From positions 1 through 30,912 of the forward strand of contig WAPT01000023.1 of the NCBI GenBank assembly GCA_015520605.1: a stretch of 30,912 nt of DNA. Reading direction: 5' to 3'. The notes beneath the pieces are model-generated. The model did no database searches. It saw only the letters and a list, made by a program, of their open reading frames with translations, and was not told where the DNA came from. The DNA is from Nanobdellati archaeon. Lineage in GTDB: Archaea; EX4484-52; WAPT01. How positions within the stretch are numbered: the first letter of the stretch is position 1; every line of letters starts with the position of its first letter. The position numbers and the translations under genes were made by a program. This document shows positions 7,836-17,383 of this stretch, piece after piece.

Positions 7836-9371
7836 TCACCTCACCATTCTTTTCAATATCTTGATCCACTTTTCAACAGGAAGGTCGAGTTTCTGTCCTA
7901 ATTTTCTGACCATAATAATATCCTCCTCATCAAAGGCCCTAATAGTTACAAGAAGCATGGCATAAACGAACCCGAAAACCAGAAGGAAAAGAACCGCCAC
8001 AAAAATCGTGACTCTGATCATGGAGGAGAGGAAACCCACAATACTTATAGAAATCAGGCTGGCAACAATGGATTTAAGATAGCTTGCTGTAAAGGGGTGG
8101 ATTCTCCATGAAAGATAGAGCTTGGATGAGTACAGAGCATTGAGAATGATAATGGCAGTTGCAGATGCCGCAGCAGCACCGACCATTCCGTATCTGGGGA
8201 TGAGAATGTAGTTGAGCAGAATGTTTGTTGTTCCTCCGACCAGACCGGCAAAAAACAGGAATCGCGTGTTCCCGAAAACGATCAGAGTGTATCCGTTCAG
8301 TCCAAGCATGACGTTTATGAGGAATGCGAGGGAGAGTATTCTCAGTGCTGGAGCTGCAGCGAGATAATCATGACCAAACAGTATGTTTATCACGGCCTTT
8401 GGGAACACGAACATGATAACAAATAATGGCAGGGCACCGAACATAACCCATTTGGTAAGAATTTGGTATATTCTGCCTATCTCGCTTATTTTGTTACGCG
8501 CGTACAACGAAGAACAGAAGGGCCCGTATATGAAGGATATGAATCCGAGAAACATACCGAGCTGTTTCGCGATCGGAACGGCAACATTGTAAACACCCAC
8601 CACTTTGCTCCCATAAAAATAACCAAGCATCACGGTATCAGTCCATGCCATCACGAGGGCTATGAGGGATGTTACGGCAAGCGGAGCCGAGAATCTTATA
8701 AGCATCTTGACGGTCTTGAAATCAGGAGCGAGCCTTTTGATCTCAACGAACTTTTTGATTATCATGCTGTACGACAGAAAAACGAAAAGATACACGAAAC
8801 CCACACCGAACACAACGGCATTTATGTTCAGGTCAAGAAGAACGCTGAGAACAGCCACGATGAGTATTCCTGCAGGGATACCAGCGTTGGATATCAGAGC
8901 CACGGCTTTGGCTCGTTCAATTCCTCTCAAAACGGCAACTTCAATTGCTATTAGGGGAGAAATAAAAATGGCAAGTAAGCCGGCAAGAATTGCTGAAGAT
9001 GCATCGGGCTTGTGTAGGAGGTGGATGGCTATAGCATCCTTCATGATGTAAACGAATGCGGTCACAAGAATCGCGGTCAGCGAAACAGCAAAGAGAGATG
9101 AGGTTATGATGTGATCGTATCTTTTTCGCTTACCCTTCAGATACCCTATAAACCTTACAACTCCCTCTCCCATCCCTAGGGTGGCCACCATCGTGGAAAT
9201 GGACAGTATGGTCAGGAACATCACATAAATTCCATACTGCTCCGGCCCGTAATGTCTACCCAATATGACCTTACTGAAGAAGGAGAAAAACTTTCCTGCC
9301 ATCGTGCCCGTGAAAAGATAAGCTGCGCCCTTTGCTATTCTTGAGAGGCCGACACCAACATCGTTTTCCAT
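7836..9371 (-). CDS. Oligosaccharide flippase (Wzx/MOP superfamily)
   Basis: About 14 hydrophobic segments, GPEQYG, FSAPL, WTDTVMLG, VGVYNVA, NILLNYILIPRYGMVGAAAA. The start is probably ATG 9371 rather than 9410, which lies inside aglH. Confidence 0.93.
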   Translation of the reverse strand: MENDVGVGLSRIAKGAAYLFTGTMAGKFFSFFSKVILGRHYGPEQYGIYVMFLTILSISTMVATLGMGEGVVRFIGYLKGKRKRYDHIITSSLFAVSLTAILVTAFVYIMKDAIAIHLLHKPDASSAILAGLLAIFISPLIAIEVAVLRGIERAKAVALISNAGIPAGILIVAVLSVLLDLNINAVVFGVGFVYLFVFLSYSMIIKKFVEIKRLAPDFKTVKMLIRFSAPLAVTSLIALVMAWTDTVMLGYFYGSKVVGVYNVAVPIAKQLGMFLGFISFIYGPFCSSLYARNKISEIGRIYQILTKWVMFGALPLFVIMFVFPKAVINILFGHDYLAAAPALRILSLAFLINVMLGLNGYTLIVFGNTRFLFFAGLVGGTTNILLNYILIPRYGMVGAAAASATAIIILNALYSSKLYLSWRIHPFTASYLKSIVASLISISIVGFLSSMIRVTIFVAVLFLLVFGFVYAMLLVTIRAFDEEDIIMVRKLGQKLDLPVEKWIKILKRMVR

Positions 9372-9393
9372 AGAGGTAGATTGAACTTCATTT

Positions 9394-10389
9394 TTAAAAG
9401 AGATAACCATAATAGATCAAAACGAGAACACATATCAGGAACTCTGTAGAGAGTATGAACACCACCACATCCCTCTCATAAACCTTCTTTTTGATTTTCC
9501 TCAGAATCCACAGTGCAAGATGGGTGAAGTGGTAGATTCCATCGTACGGCATTTCGAGGCTGTTGTCCTTTTTCACTTTTCCGAACGCTTCAGCTTTAAA
9601 CCTCTTCCTGAGATTGAACAGGAAATCGAAATAATATGGTAGGAATATCAGGACGGCGATCTTTTCCATGTTGCCGAGCACGGCCATACACGCAATAAAT
9701 GCTCCCACACCGTAGGTTAATGTGTCCCCAGGAAATACCTTCGCGGGATACCAATTGTAAACAAGAAATGCAAGCAAAGCGAAAACCATGGCAAGACCAA
9801 TCACTGCCAACCAAACATAACCGTTTACATAAGCCACATAGCTGAGGGTGGAGAGAAGAATGACACCCATTCCTGCCTCAAGTCCATTGTATCCAGCAAG
9901 CATGTTGAAAGCATTGCTAGCACCCATCACACCGATGGGCACGATAAAAAGAGGATAGAGGATGCCAAAATTCACAGCTCCAATAAACGGCAGATGCATA
10001 ATACTCTTCCCCGCATTGACCGCCGAGAGTGCATAGGCGGCAAGAAAAGTCAGAGGTGGCTTGTGCCACTGCCTTAATCCTATTTTCCATCCGAGTAGAT
10101 CATCAATCATACCGATAAACGCTATGATTAGGATTGTGAGAAGAGCTGCATAAATGTAAGTCACAACGTTCGTGCTTTTCTCAACGAAAACGAGTTTGGC
10201 AACGAGAAAAATTACGGAAGCCGTGAATCCGGCCATGACTGCTATCCCCCCCATTTCTGCGACTTCTGGTTTGCTGTATTTATTCATGTCTTTTCCTACA
10301 AGACCAATCCTCTTTGCTGCTTTAATCCATTGTTTCGTAAAGAAAAATGTTGCAATGAATGATAAAAGCGGAACAATTATTGTGCACAT
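9394..10389 (-). CDS. aglH: UDP-GlcNAc:dolichyl-phosphate GlcNAc-1-phosphate transferase (GPT/Alg7/AglH type, glycosyltransferase family 4)
   Basis: GKDMNK..EMGG, GMIDDLL, NAFNMLAGYNGLEAG, YPAKVFPGDT (GPT-type rather than MraY FMGD). The start is probably ATG 10389 after SD GGTGG. Confidence 0.88.
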   Translation of the reverse strand: MCTIIVPLLSFIATFFFTKQWIKAAKRIGLVGKDMNKYSKPEVAEMGGIAVMAGFTASVIFLVAKLVFVEKSTNVVTYIYAALLTILIIAFIGMIDDLLGWKIGLRQWHKPPLTFLAAYALSAVNAGKSIMHLPFIGAVNFGILYPLFIVPIGVMGASNAFNMLAGYNGLEAGMGVILLSTLSYVAYVNGYVWLAVIGLAMVFALLAFLVYNWYPAKVFPGDTLTYGVGAFIACMAVLGNMEKIAVLIFLPYYFDFLFNLRKRFKAEAFGKVKKDNSLEMPYDGIYHFTHLALWILRKIKKKVYERDVVVFILSTEFLICVLVLIYYGYLF

Positions 10390-10412
10390 ATCTACGACCA
10401 CCCATCAATTAA

Positions 10413-12932
10413 TTAATTGTTAAAAACACTGTAATCTCTTGCCTGTTTTACCCAGTTCGTGCCGTTGTAAACAATGAGTCCCTTCCAGCCATACTTTTTC
10501 CACCATTTTATTAGTTCATTCCTACTCCTGTCCGGAATGATCGTGTGATTCACCTTGTATATCTTAACTTCCCCGTTATCGAAGACTTTGGTGAGATAAT
10601 CTATACCCTTCCCGTTCATGAAAAACAGTCTATGAAACACCGAATTAAACATGTCCTTCGTGGCGAGTAGGGCGACAGATGAGGTCAGTACCACACACAT
10701 GTTCATAGCTGGCTTGTCCTCAGGAACATCGAGTTTGTAGATGTTATTTTGAGTGCACAAATATTTTATGTAAGCGATGCCCCGGGGTGTGACCAATGCT
10801 ATGCTGCCTCCCAAACCCCCATCATTTTTAATAGGAACCCAGAGAGCATAGTTCCCGCTTCTATAAACAAAAACCGTAACATTGCCTTTCCTCATTGTTT
10901 TCGAGGGGTCGAGGAAGAAATAAGAATAAGATCTGATCTTGTAATAATCCCTCCTTCTCGTGATCATTTGGGCTATTTTGGACATAGCAGCATACTTACC
11001 TATCATGGACGCGTCGACAAGAACATAATCTGTACCCATCATTTCTAGGAAGAACTTTTGCTGCGTCTCATTCATCATACCTGTGAAGTACTGCGCGGTT
11101 GGGATGTTTCTATTTGCAAAGTTGTTTCCACCGTCGAGGTTCGTGGACCTATTCCCCACGGTTTCGAACCAGTATCCAAAATCCCACCAAGATAGTACGG
11201 TGGCGTTGGGTTCGGTTTTTTCCCTTAAAAATTTCATCGCCCCCGCCCAGTTCTTATCGAAACTCGGGGAAAGCGATTTTGCAAGGACTCCGGCGTTAGC
11301 AATATAACCCAACATCCCCGTGAAAACAATGAACCCGAGCACTCCGTAGAGCACATGTTTGATCGTTGTTGCTGCATCCTCGTCTTCAAGCGCAAGTCTT
11401 GAGGGAACATGTTCGACTGCCTGTCTGAAGAATTCCCATAACTTCGCAACACAAAATCCACTCATTATCGAAAACATCAGAGCTAAACCAAACATCCATC
11501 TGATCTTGGAGAGGTAACCAAGCATGGCAACAGCAACCATTGAAAGGTAGAGTGCGGAAATAACACCCTTCTCACTTCTGGCCAGCATGAATATGACAGC
11601 CATGAACGGAAATATGAACATGGCCTGGGCTATGGCATGCCCATGTAATTTAAGAAATTGGTAATATGAAAAAAAGGATGTGAGTAATAAAGCCGTTACA
11701 AGGATCTTCTCCCTCCTTTCCTTAACCCCGCGGACACCTAGGTAAATCATACCAATAAGTGCGAACAACCACATAGGCAATAATTCAAAGAGGAATTTGA
11801 AAGAACTAAGGAAAGAGTTATTCACATATCCTGAAGTGACATAATATAAGCTCAGACTATGTGTGAAGTCATTTACGGTAGGGATTATGTCCTCAGCAAC
11901 CGTCGACTCGACCAGCGCTTGGTGATAAAACAGGTAGTGGTGTATTCCTATGGCTATTCTTGCTATCGTACCAGACACCATACCACCCACAATTAACCCA
12001 ACTACTGCTAAGGAGAACATTATCGGCATGAAATATTCAAACTTCTCTTTCGAAATGAGCTTCTTACGTTTAACAACCTCTCTAATCCATAAAAATACCA
12101 GAGCACCTATGTTAACAGCAAATATGGTTTTGGTTATTTTGTAAATTGGCATGAAAAGCGGAATCAGTGAAAGCAAACACACAATGGTGTAGGTCTTCAC
12201 CACACTCTTAGGGACATTGTTGACCAGCAACAGTGCGAAAATAAAAAGAGCATATCCCAGATAGAGCTGCTGAACGCCCCCCCACATGGTGGCCATTATC
12301 GCCATACTCAGGCCAGAAGCTATCGCAGACAAGACGGAATCTCTTTTTATCGCTCGCACAAAAAAATAGAATGAGAGAAGCATGAAGAATCCAGCATTCG
12401 GTTCTTTTTCAAAGAATCCCGCCGAAGTTCTGAACATCACTCCCGCAAGTGTCGCGTAGAAGAATGCTGCAGCAAGCCCGGAGTACTTGTTGTATATCTC
12501 TTTTCCTATCAAATAAATCAGTACGGTGAAAAGAGCACCCATAACCGCAGGCTCGATCTTGGCGTATACCCAAAAATCAATGGAATGCCTCAGAAGTTTT
12601 GTGAGGATGAGGTATATGAAAGCAGGGACTATGTACATCCCCGGATACTCTTCATGCGGATCTATACCCGTTGGGTAGTATCTCATTAGGTCAAGATGGG
12701 GTAATTGTAGGCTGTGCGTCACAGCATACCAGTTCATCCTATAAAGATAGTATGGGTCTATGGCAGTGAGGTACTCGAATCTTGCTGGCAGAATTCTGTA
12801 GTAAAATGCAAGCATGGTTATGGCAACAACAAGAAGCTCGACATGATGGTCGTAAAGAAAGTTCAGAGCATGATCGAGAAAACATCTGGATGGTTTTTTC
12901 TTAACCTTCAAACTCTCCTTTTTTGTTGCCAT
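10413..12932 (-). CDS. aglB: Oligosaccharyltransferase STT3/AglB
   Basis: DPYYLYR, RTSAGFFEKE, STVAE (TIXE-like), about 13 TM segments, SWWDFGYW, DGGN, DASMIGKYAAM. The start is probably ATG 12932, since the track start overlaps ubiA. Confidence 0.95.
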   Translation of the reverse strand: MATKKESLKVKKKPSRCFLDHALNFLYDHHVELLVVAITMLAFYYRILPARFEYLTAIDPYYLYRMNWYAVTHSLQLPHLDLMRYYPTGIDPHEEYPGMYIVPAFIYLILTKLLRHSIDFWVYAKIEPAVMGALFTVLIYLIGKEIYNKYSGLAAAFFYATLAGVMFRTSAGFFEKEPNAGFFMLLSFYFFVRAIKRDSVLSAIASGLSMAIMATMWGGVQQLYLGYALFIFALLLVNNVPKSVVKTYTIVCLLSLIPLFMPIYKITKTIFAVNIGALVFLWIREVVKRKKLISKEKFEYFMPIMFSLAVVGLIVGGMVSGTIARIAIGIHHYLFYHQALVESTVAEDIIPTVNDFTHSLSLYYVTSGYVNNSFLSSFKFLFELLPMWLFALIGMIYLGVRGVKERREKILVTALLLTSFFSYYQFLKLHGHAIAQAMFIFPFMAVIFMLARSEKGVISALYLSMVAVAMLGYLSKIRWMFGLALMFSIMSGFCVAKLWEFFRQAVEHVPSRLALEDEDAATTIKHVLYGVLGFIVFTGMLGYIANAGVLAKSLSPSFDKNWAGAMKFLREKTEPNATVLSWWDFGYWFETVGNRSTNLDGGNNFANRNIPTAQYFTGMMNETQQKFFLEMMGTDYVLVDASMIGKYAAMSKIAQMITRRRDYYKIRSYSYFFLDPSKTMRKGNVTVFVYRSGNYALWVPIKNDGGLGGSIALVTPRGIAYIKYLCTQNNIYKLDVPEDKPAMNMCVVLTSSVALLATKDMFNSVFHRLFFMNGKGIDYLTKVFDNGEVKIYKVNHTIIPDRSRNELIKWWKKYGWKGLIVYNGTNWVKQARDYSVFNN

Positions 12933-12958
12933 GCTCCCAAATAAAGACGATGAGCTTT

Positions 12959-13807
12959 TTAAGAGTTTCCCCACACTCCGTAGATTCCAGCAAAACACAG
13001 AATGATCCAGATCAGCAGCCCGATTAACCACACCTTGTCGAGGAAGATCAGCTCGGTGTTTCTGGCAATCCTGTCATCAACCTCGGTAAGGTAAAGGTGT
13101 CTCAGCACCAGAAATGTTGCCGGGATTAAACTGAGCATAAGAAACGTGTTCGTATGCTTGCTCTGGAAGGAATAGAGAGCATAGCTCACCAGCACGATCG
13201 AAGCGAGGATGGTGCGCATCCTGTCAAAAACATGTTCTTTAAGCTTGTCGTTTTTTATCCTCGCATCCCCCGTCCTTTTTCCGGACGCCAGAAATAAAGC
13301 TATAAAGAAAATCATAACAACCAGCCATGGCGATACTTCGACCCCAACAGCATACGCTCCCGCTACAGCTCTTATTATGAAGTTGAACGCTAGGCTGTGA
13401 ATATCCAAAATTTCGATTTTTTTCAGAAAAAACGAGTATAAAGATGTGTTGATCACGAGCAGAACCGGGAAAAACAGGAACGGAATGTTGACCATTAATC
13501 CAGTAATGGTGGAAAGAATTAGGAGGAACAGAGCAACAATAATGGCTTCCCTCACACTTATTTTTCCGCTCGCAATCGGTCTATGTCTCTTCTCCTTATG
13601 CTTTCTGTCATCCTCTCTATCCCTTATATCATTAATTATATAATTAAAGGATGAAGCAAAAGCAAGGGAAAAGAATGCAAACACACTCTTAACAACACTA
13701 TCAACATTAAAAAGCACACCTCCAAAAAACAGACCAACAAACACCACAAGATTTTTGTACCACTGATGCACTCTGAGAAGCTTGAGGTAATTCTCTATCA
13801 CACCCAT
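12959..13807 (-). CDS. UbiA-family polyprenyl-phosphate phosphoribosyltransferase (DPPR-synthase-like)
   Basis: LLRVHQWYKNLVVF, NYIINDIRDREDDRKHKEKRHRPIASG, YSFFLKK..ILD, FIIRAVAG, LASGKR. These are hallmarks of the decaprenyl-phosphate phosphoribosyltransferase subfamily rather than DGGGP synthase. Confidence 0.82.
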   Translation of the reverse strand: MGVIENYLKLLRVHQWYKNLVVFVGLFFGGVLFNVDSVVKSVFAFFSLAFASSFNYIINDIRDREDDRKHKEKRHRPIASGKISVREAIIVALFLLILSTITGLMVNIPFLFFPVLLVINTSLYSFFLKKIEILDIHSLAFNFIIRAVAGAYAVGVEVSPWLVVMIFFIALFLASGKRTGDARIKNDKLKEHVFDRMRTILASIVLVSYALYSFQSKHTNTFLMLSLIPATFLVLRHLYLTEVDDRIARNTELIFLDKVWLIGLLIWIILCFAGIYGVWGNS

Positions 13808-13970
13808 AGTTACAGAATAATGGAGAGAAATTCATTTATTTATTCTTTAGAATCAGGTATGGACATAAATATAATTATGCGATGATTAAATGGAAACTAT
13901 GCAACTCTCCAATGTTGACCCCAGTTCCTGCACTCAAATCTAAAAAACCTTATGGGGATAAAATCCTTAC

Positions 13971-15383
13971 ATGAAGGCTTTTCTTTTCTACCCGCCCGGA
14001 AAGCAATTCCAGCGTGGCGAGGATAGGTGTCAAGCAAATGTTGATGCTTCCCCAACAATGACACAGAGAGCACCCATAGATATGATGTATGTCGCCGCGA
14101 TTCTGAAAGAGAAAGGAATAAAATGCAAATTCGTAGATTATCCCACAGAAGGAAAGACTTGGGAGGATTTTGAAAGAGACGTTAAGAAGTTTTCTCCAGA
14201 TATTGCGATAATGAGCGTGACCACAAGCAGCGTGCTTCATGACATGAAAGCATTCAAGATCATAAAGTCCATTAACGAAGAGTGCAAAACCATTGCAAAG
14301 GGTTCTATTTTCTTTGTTGCTCCAAAAACAGTTTTCGAAAAATTCGAGGAGTTCAAATACATGGATATTGCTGTTAAAGGAGAGATCGAATTTACCATAG
14401 CAAGTATTGTAGATAATCTGAATAAACCAGAGAACGTTAATGGTATTCTTTTCTGGAAAAGAAAAAAACTCAAAGACACGGGCAGGCCCGTATTCGGAAA
14501 TCTGGACGATTTACCTTTCCCTGATAGGAGCATAGTCAGGAACGAACTCTACATACGGCCAGACACCGGAGAGGCGCAGACAACAATCGAAACTTCCAGA
14601 GGATGTCCGGGCCTTTGCATTTATTGCTTAACGCCGATCATTTCTGGAAGAGCTCCAAGGTATCGCAGCGCAAAAAGTATTGCAGATGAGATTGAGGAAT
14701 GCGTGGAGAAATACGATATCAGGAACTTTTTCTTTCGCTCTGACACATTCACCATGAATAGAAAGCTTGTTAAAGAGGTTTGCAGAGAGATTGTGGAGAG
14801 AGGTCTTGATATTAACTGGGTTGCAAACTCAAGAGTGGATACTATAGACGCGGAAACGCTTCGATACATGAAAAAATCAGGATGCTGGCTAATTGCTTTT
14901 GGTTTCGAAACGGGCAGCGATGAGAGTAAGAAGAAGATAGGAAAATTCACAACAGTTAAGCAGGATATTGCCGCAAGAGAACTGTGCAAGAAATTTGGCA
15001 TCTATACCTACGGATTCTTTATGATGGGTTTTCCATGGGAAACGAGAAACGATATTGAAGCTACTATAAATCACATGTTCAAGCTCGATTGCGAGTTCGT
15101 TGAGCTTCATATTGCAATTCCATTCTACGGGACAAAGCTCTATGAGATTTGTAAGAGAGAGGGTCTGATCAAGCATGAAATTATCGGTGCAGATTACTTT
15201 GAAAATCCTCCTGTTGGAACAAAATATGTTAGTGCTGAAGAGCTCATAAGAATAAGGGAAGAAGCTTTGAAAAAATATTATACAAGGTCGAGCTACATTG
15301 CAAGGATGCTTCTTAAAGCAAAGAATCCGAAAGTAATGGCAAACTACATAAAATATGGAATAAAGCTTTTGAAATGGAAGTAA
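13971..15383 (+). CDS. Cobalamin-binding-domain radical SAM protein
   Basis: N-terminal B12-binding-like domain (PIDMMYVAAIL..FSPDI), ETSRGCPGLCIYC (CxxxCxxC), SDTFT, SRVD, GFETGS, FMMGFPWET, PFYGT. Confidence 0.9.
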   Translation: MKAFLFYPPGKQFQRGEDRCQANVDASPTMTQRAPIDMMYVAAILKEKGIKCKFVDYPTEGKTWEDFERDVKKFSPDIAIMSVTTSSVLHDMKAFKIIKSINEECKTIAKGSIFFVAPKTVFEKFEEFKYMDIAVKGEIEFTIASIVDNLNKPENVNGILFWKRKKLKDTGRPVFGNLDDLPFPDRSIVRNELYIRPDTGEAQTTIETSRGCPGLCIYCLTPIISGRAPRYRSAKSIADEIEECVEKYDIRNFFFRSDTFTMNRKLVKEVCREIVERGLDINWVANSRVDTIDAETLRYMKKSGCWLIAFGFETGSDESKKKIGKFTTVKQDIAARELCKKFGIYTYGFFMMGFPWETRNDIEATINHMFKLDCEFVELHIAIPFYGTKLYEICKREGLIKHEIIGADYFENPPVGTKYVSAEELIRIREEALKKYYTRSSYIARMLLKAKNPKVMANYIKYGIKLLKWK

Positions 15384-15565
15384 GCGGAAAATTGCTTTGT
15401 TGAAAACTGCGGATAGAACAAACCTTAAGACGATCGTTTTACCGTATTTGACTTATACTATGAAAATTTACCACAAGTTATCTTATTTCTCTCCTTTCCT
15501 TCCTTAGATCTTGTCTTCAACATAGCGAACTTGTAGCCCTTGCTGTTGGGGAAGAGGTTGCTTGA

Positions 15566-16660
15566 TCAGAGAGTGTCATCCCCAAGAAAATCCATATCTG
15601 CAACTTTCAGGAATAACTCTTTATTCTCATCTATCATTTTTAGCAGCTCACCCACCTCATCATTACTCAACGAGTCGAAAAGCTTCCTTATCATCATTCC
15701 AACTTGGATTTTTGTTCCAATTTTCTTTTTCCACACGTTTTCATAGTTTCTCGAGAAGAATTCCTTACTGTAATCCCCAGATTGCAAAGCACGGATAATG
15801 GCTTCGCTTCCTATTTTTGCGCAGATGAGGGAATATATGACTCCACCCCCAGAAAACGGTTTTACCTGTGAGGCGGCATCCCCAACAAGAATGACGTTAT
15901 CATCCACACTTCTATCTATAAGGCCAAGAGGAATGAAACCAGCTTTAATCTCGTTTCTGTCCAGCTTATGCTCGAATCTAGCACAAAACTTCTCAAGCAT
16001 TTTAACAGCTTTGCCTTTCTCACATCCCAATCCGTACTCCACGATTCCATCATTTCTGGGTATCCTCCAGGCAAAGAAGCCAGGAGCAAGTTCACCATCA
16101 TAATAAATCTCCACAATATCGCTTGCCATCTCATCTTTAACATAAGCAAGTGCAGCACTCAAAATTTTAAGCTTCTTTCCTACCCCGAGCAGTCTTCTAA
16201 CTCTACTCAGGGCACCATCGGCCCCGACAACAACCTTTGCTTTAACCTTCCTGATCGAGTCACCTTTCCTGAGAATACAAACAGCAAAGCCATTTTTCCT
16301 TTCCACATTCACAAGTCGCCATCCGAATTCAACATCACAACTCCTGCTTGTTTCTTCAATTACATACGCATCCAGCACAGCTCTATCCATCACATAAGCC
16401 TGAGTTGAGCTTCTTTTGAGTTCGAGACTAACCTCTCCTCCAGCAAAAAACTTTGCCCCTTTAATTCTGTTCATAATTGCCTTTTTCGGATAGGAGATCA
16501 AGGAATCTATCCTCACACTTATCAGGCCGGAGCACACTTTTGGAATGAAGTGAGGTTTAGCGTCAACAACGAGAACATCGTGACCAGCTTCTCCAACCCC
16601 GCTTGCAAGCGAGCATCCAGCAATCCCCGCTCCAACAACCACAACATCTCTCTCTTCCAT
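15566..16660 (-). CDS. Geranylgeranyl reductase family FAD-dependent oxidoreductase
   Basis: VVGAGIAG, KVCSGLIS, DRAVLD, GADGALS, PGFFAWRIP (variant of PxxYxWxFP), VGDAASQVKPFSGGG. Confidence 0.88.
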   Translation of the reverse strand: MEERDVVVVGAGIAGCSLASGVGEAGHDVLVVDAKPHFIPKVCSGLISVRIDSLISYPKKAIMNRIKGAKFFAGGEVSLELKRSSTQAYVMDRAVLDAYVIEETSRSCDVEFGWRLVNVERKNGFAVCILRKGDSIRKVKAKVVVGADGALSRVRRLLGVGKKLKILSAALAYVKDEMASDIVEIYYDGELAPGFFAWRIPRNDGIVEYGLGCEKGKAVKMLEKFCARFEHKLDRNEIKAGFIPLGLIDRSVDDNVILVGDAASQVKPFSGGGVIYSLICAKIGSEAIIRALQSGDYSKEFFSRNYENVWKKKIGTKIQVGMMIRKLFDSLSNDEVGELLKMIDENKELFLKVADMDFLGDDTL

Positions 16661-16712
16661 AACCCAAATTTGACACTAAAATTTAATAACGAGGAAAACC
16701 ATAAAGCAAAGT
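16661..16712. promoter_or_regulatory. Compact bidirectional promoter (GGR / orphan membrane protein)
   Basis: A 52-bp gap with a central TTTAATAA that reads TTATTAAA on the other strand, about 21-24 nt from both ATGs; no SD on either side. Confidence 0.55.
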
Positions 16713-17225
16713 ATGTCGTACACATATTTTACACTTGCTCTCATCTGCTTCCTGCTTGCTGGAGTTTTGGAGTTAAAGAGCAGGAAGGCTGTGAGGAGAT
16801 CAAAGGCAGGAACAGGAGTATATGTGGAGATCGGTGAGAGAAAGAAGGAGAGGAGAACAAGAGTTAAAGAGATTGAAGATGTTGTTAAGGAAGAAAGATC
16901 GAAGTTCGATCACCTATTCAAAATACCATTCAAGAAAAAAGCAGATGAGAACACAAGAGAGCAGATTCTCAGGGAAGCGGAGACCCTCCCAGACATCCCG
17001 AAGGTCGGGGGGGAAGATGAGCTATCTTACTTCAGAATAGAGGACAAGCAACCAATCACTACCTCAGCTTCGGAAAGGCGAAAAGAACAGAGAGCTAAGG
17101 TTAAACCGGAGGACTGGATTTTTATCGATCCGAAAAAGCTTGAGGAGGAAGAGGAGAACGGAAGAAAAAAACAGGAAGCGAAGACTCAGAGCGAGTGGAC
17201 ACCCCCTATTTTTGATGAGGGCTAA
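16713..17225 (+). CDS. Hypothetical protein with a single N-terminal TM anchor and a highly charged cytoplasmic tail
   Basis: YFTLALICFLLAGVL hydrophobic helix followed by K/E/R-rich sequence; purine-rich coding bias; TATA upstream and a T-rich tract downstream. Confidence 0.75.
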   Translation: MSYTYFTLALICFLLAGVLELKSRKAVRRSKAGTGVYVEIGERKKERRTRVKEIEDVVKEERSKFDHLFKIPFKKKADENTREQILREAETLPDIPKVGGEDELSYFRIEDKQPITTSASERRKEQRAKVKPEDWIFIDPKKLEEEEENGRKKQEAKTQSEWTPPIFDEG

Positions 17226-17375
17226 CCCACATTTTTGTTTGGTTTAAGTATCCTTACCATCCACCAAACCATTTTATCATTATCACAAACTTCCACCAAC
17301 ACAGAAACTTCGGGTCTATGTCATCTTTGCGAGGAATGATCAACCATGCTGTTGGTCGGTATGCCATCCAAAACC

Positions 17376-17383
17376 TTTATATA
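17376..17383 (+). promoter_or_regulatory. BRE/TATA promoter upstream of the 40-aa ORF
   Basis: CAAAACC-TTTATATA, a consensus-like archaeal BRE plus TATA. Confidence 0.55.

Noticed and set aside
15458-15568. Open frame continuing about 35 codons past the GGR TGA (readthrough or selenocysteine)
   Set aside because: GGR is essentially complete at DMDF, the extension is not family-like, and no SECIS-like element is evident; probably chance.
12959-16660. Complete archaeal ether-lipid pathway (UbiA as DGGGP synthase plus GGR plus radical SAM as Tes/Grs)
   Set aside because: The UbiA motifs match the phosphoribosyltransferase subfamily, no GGGP synthase or CarS is present, and the radical SAM cannot be assigned to Tes or Grs from motifs alone.
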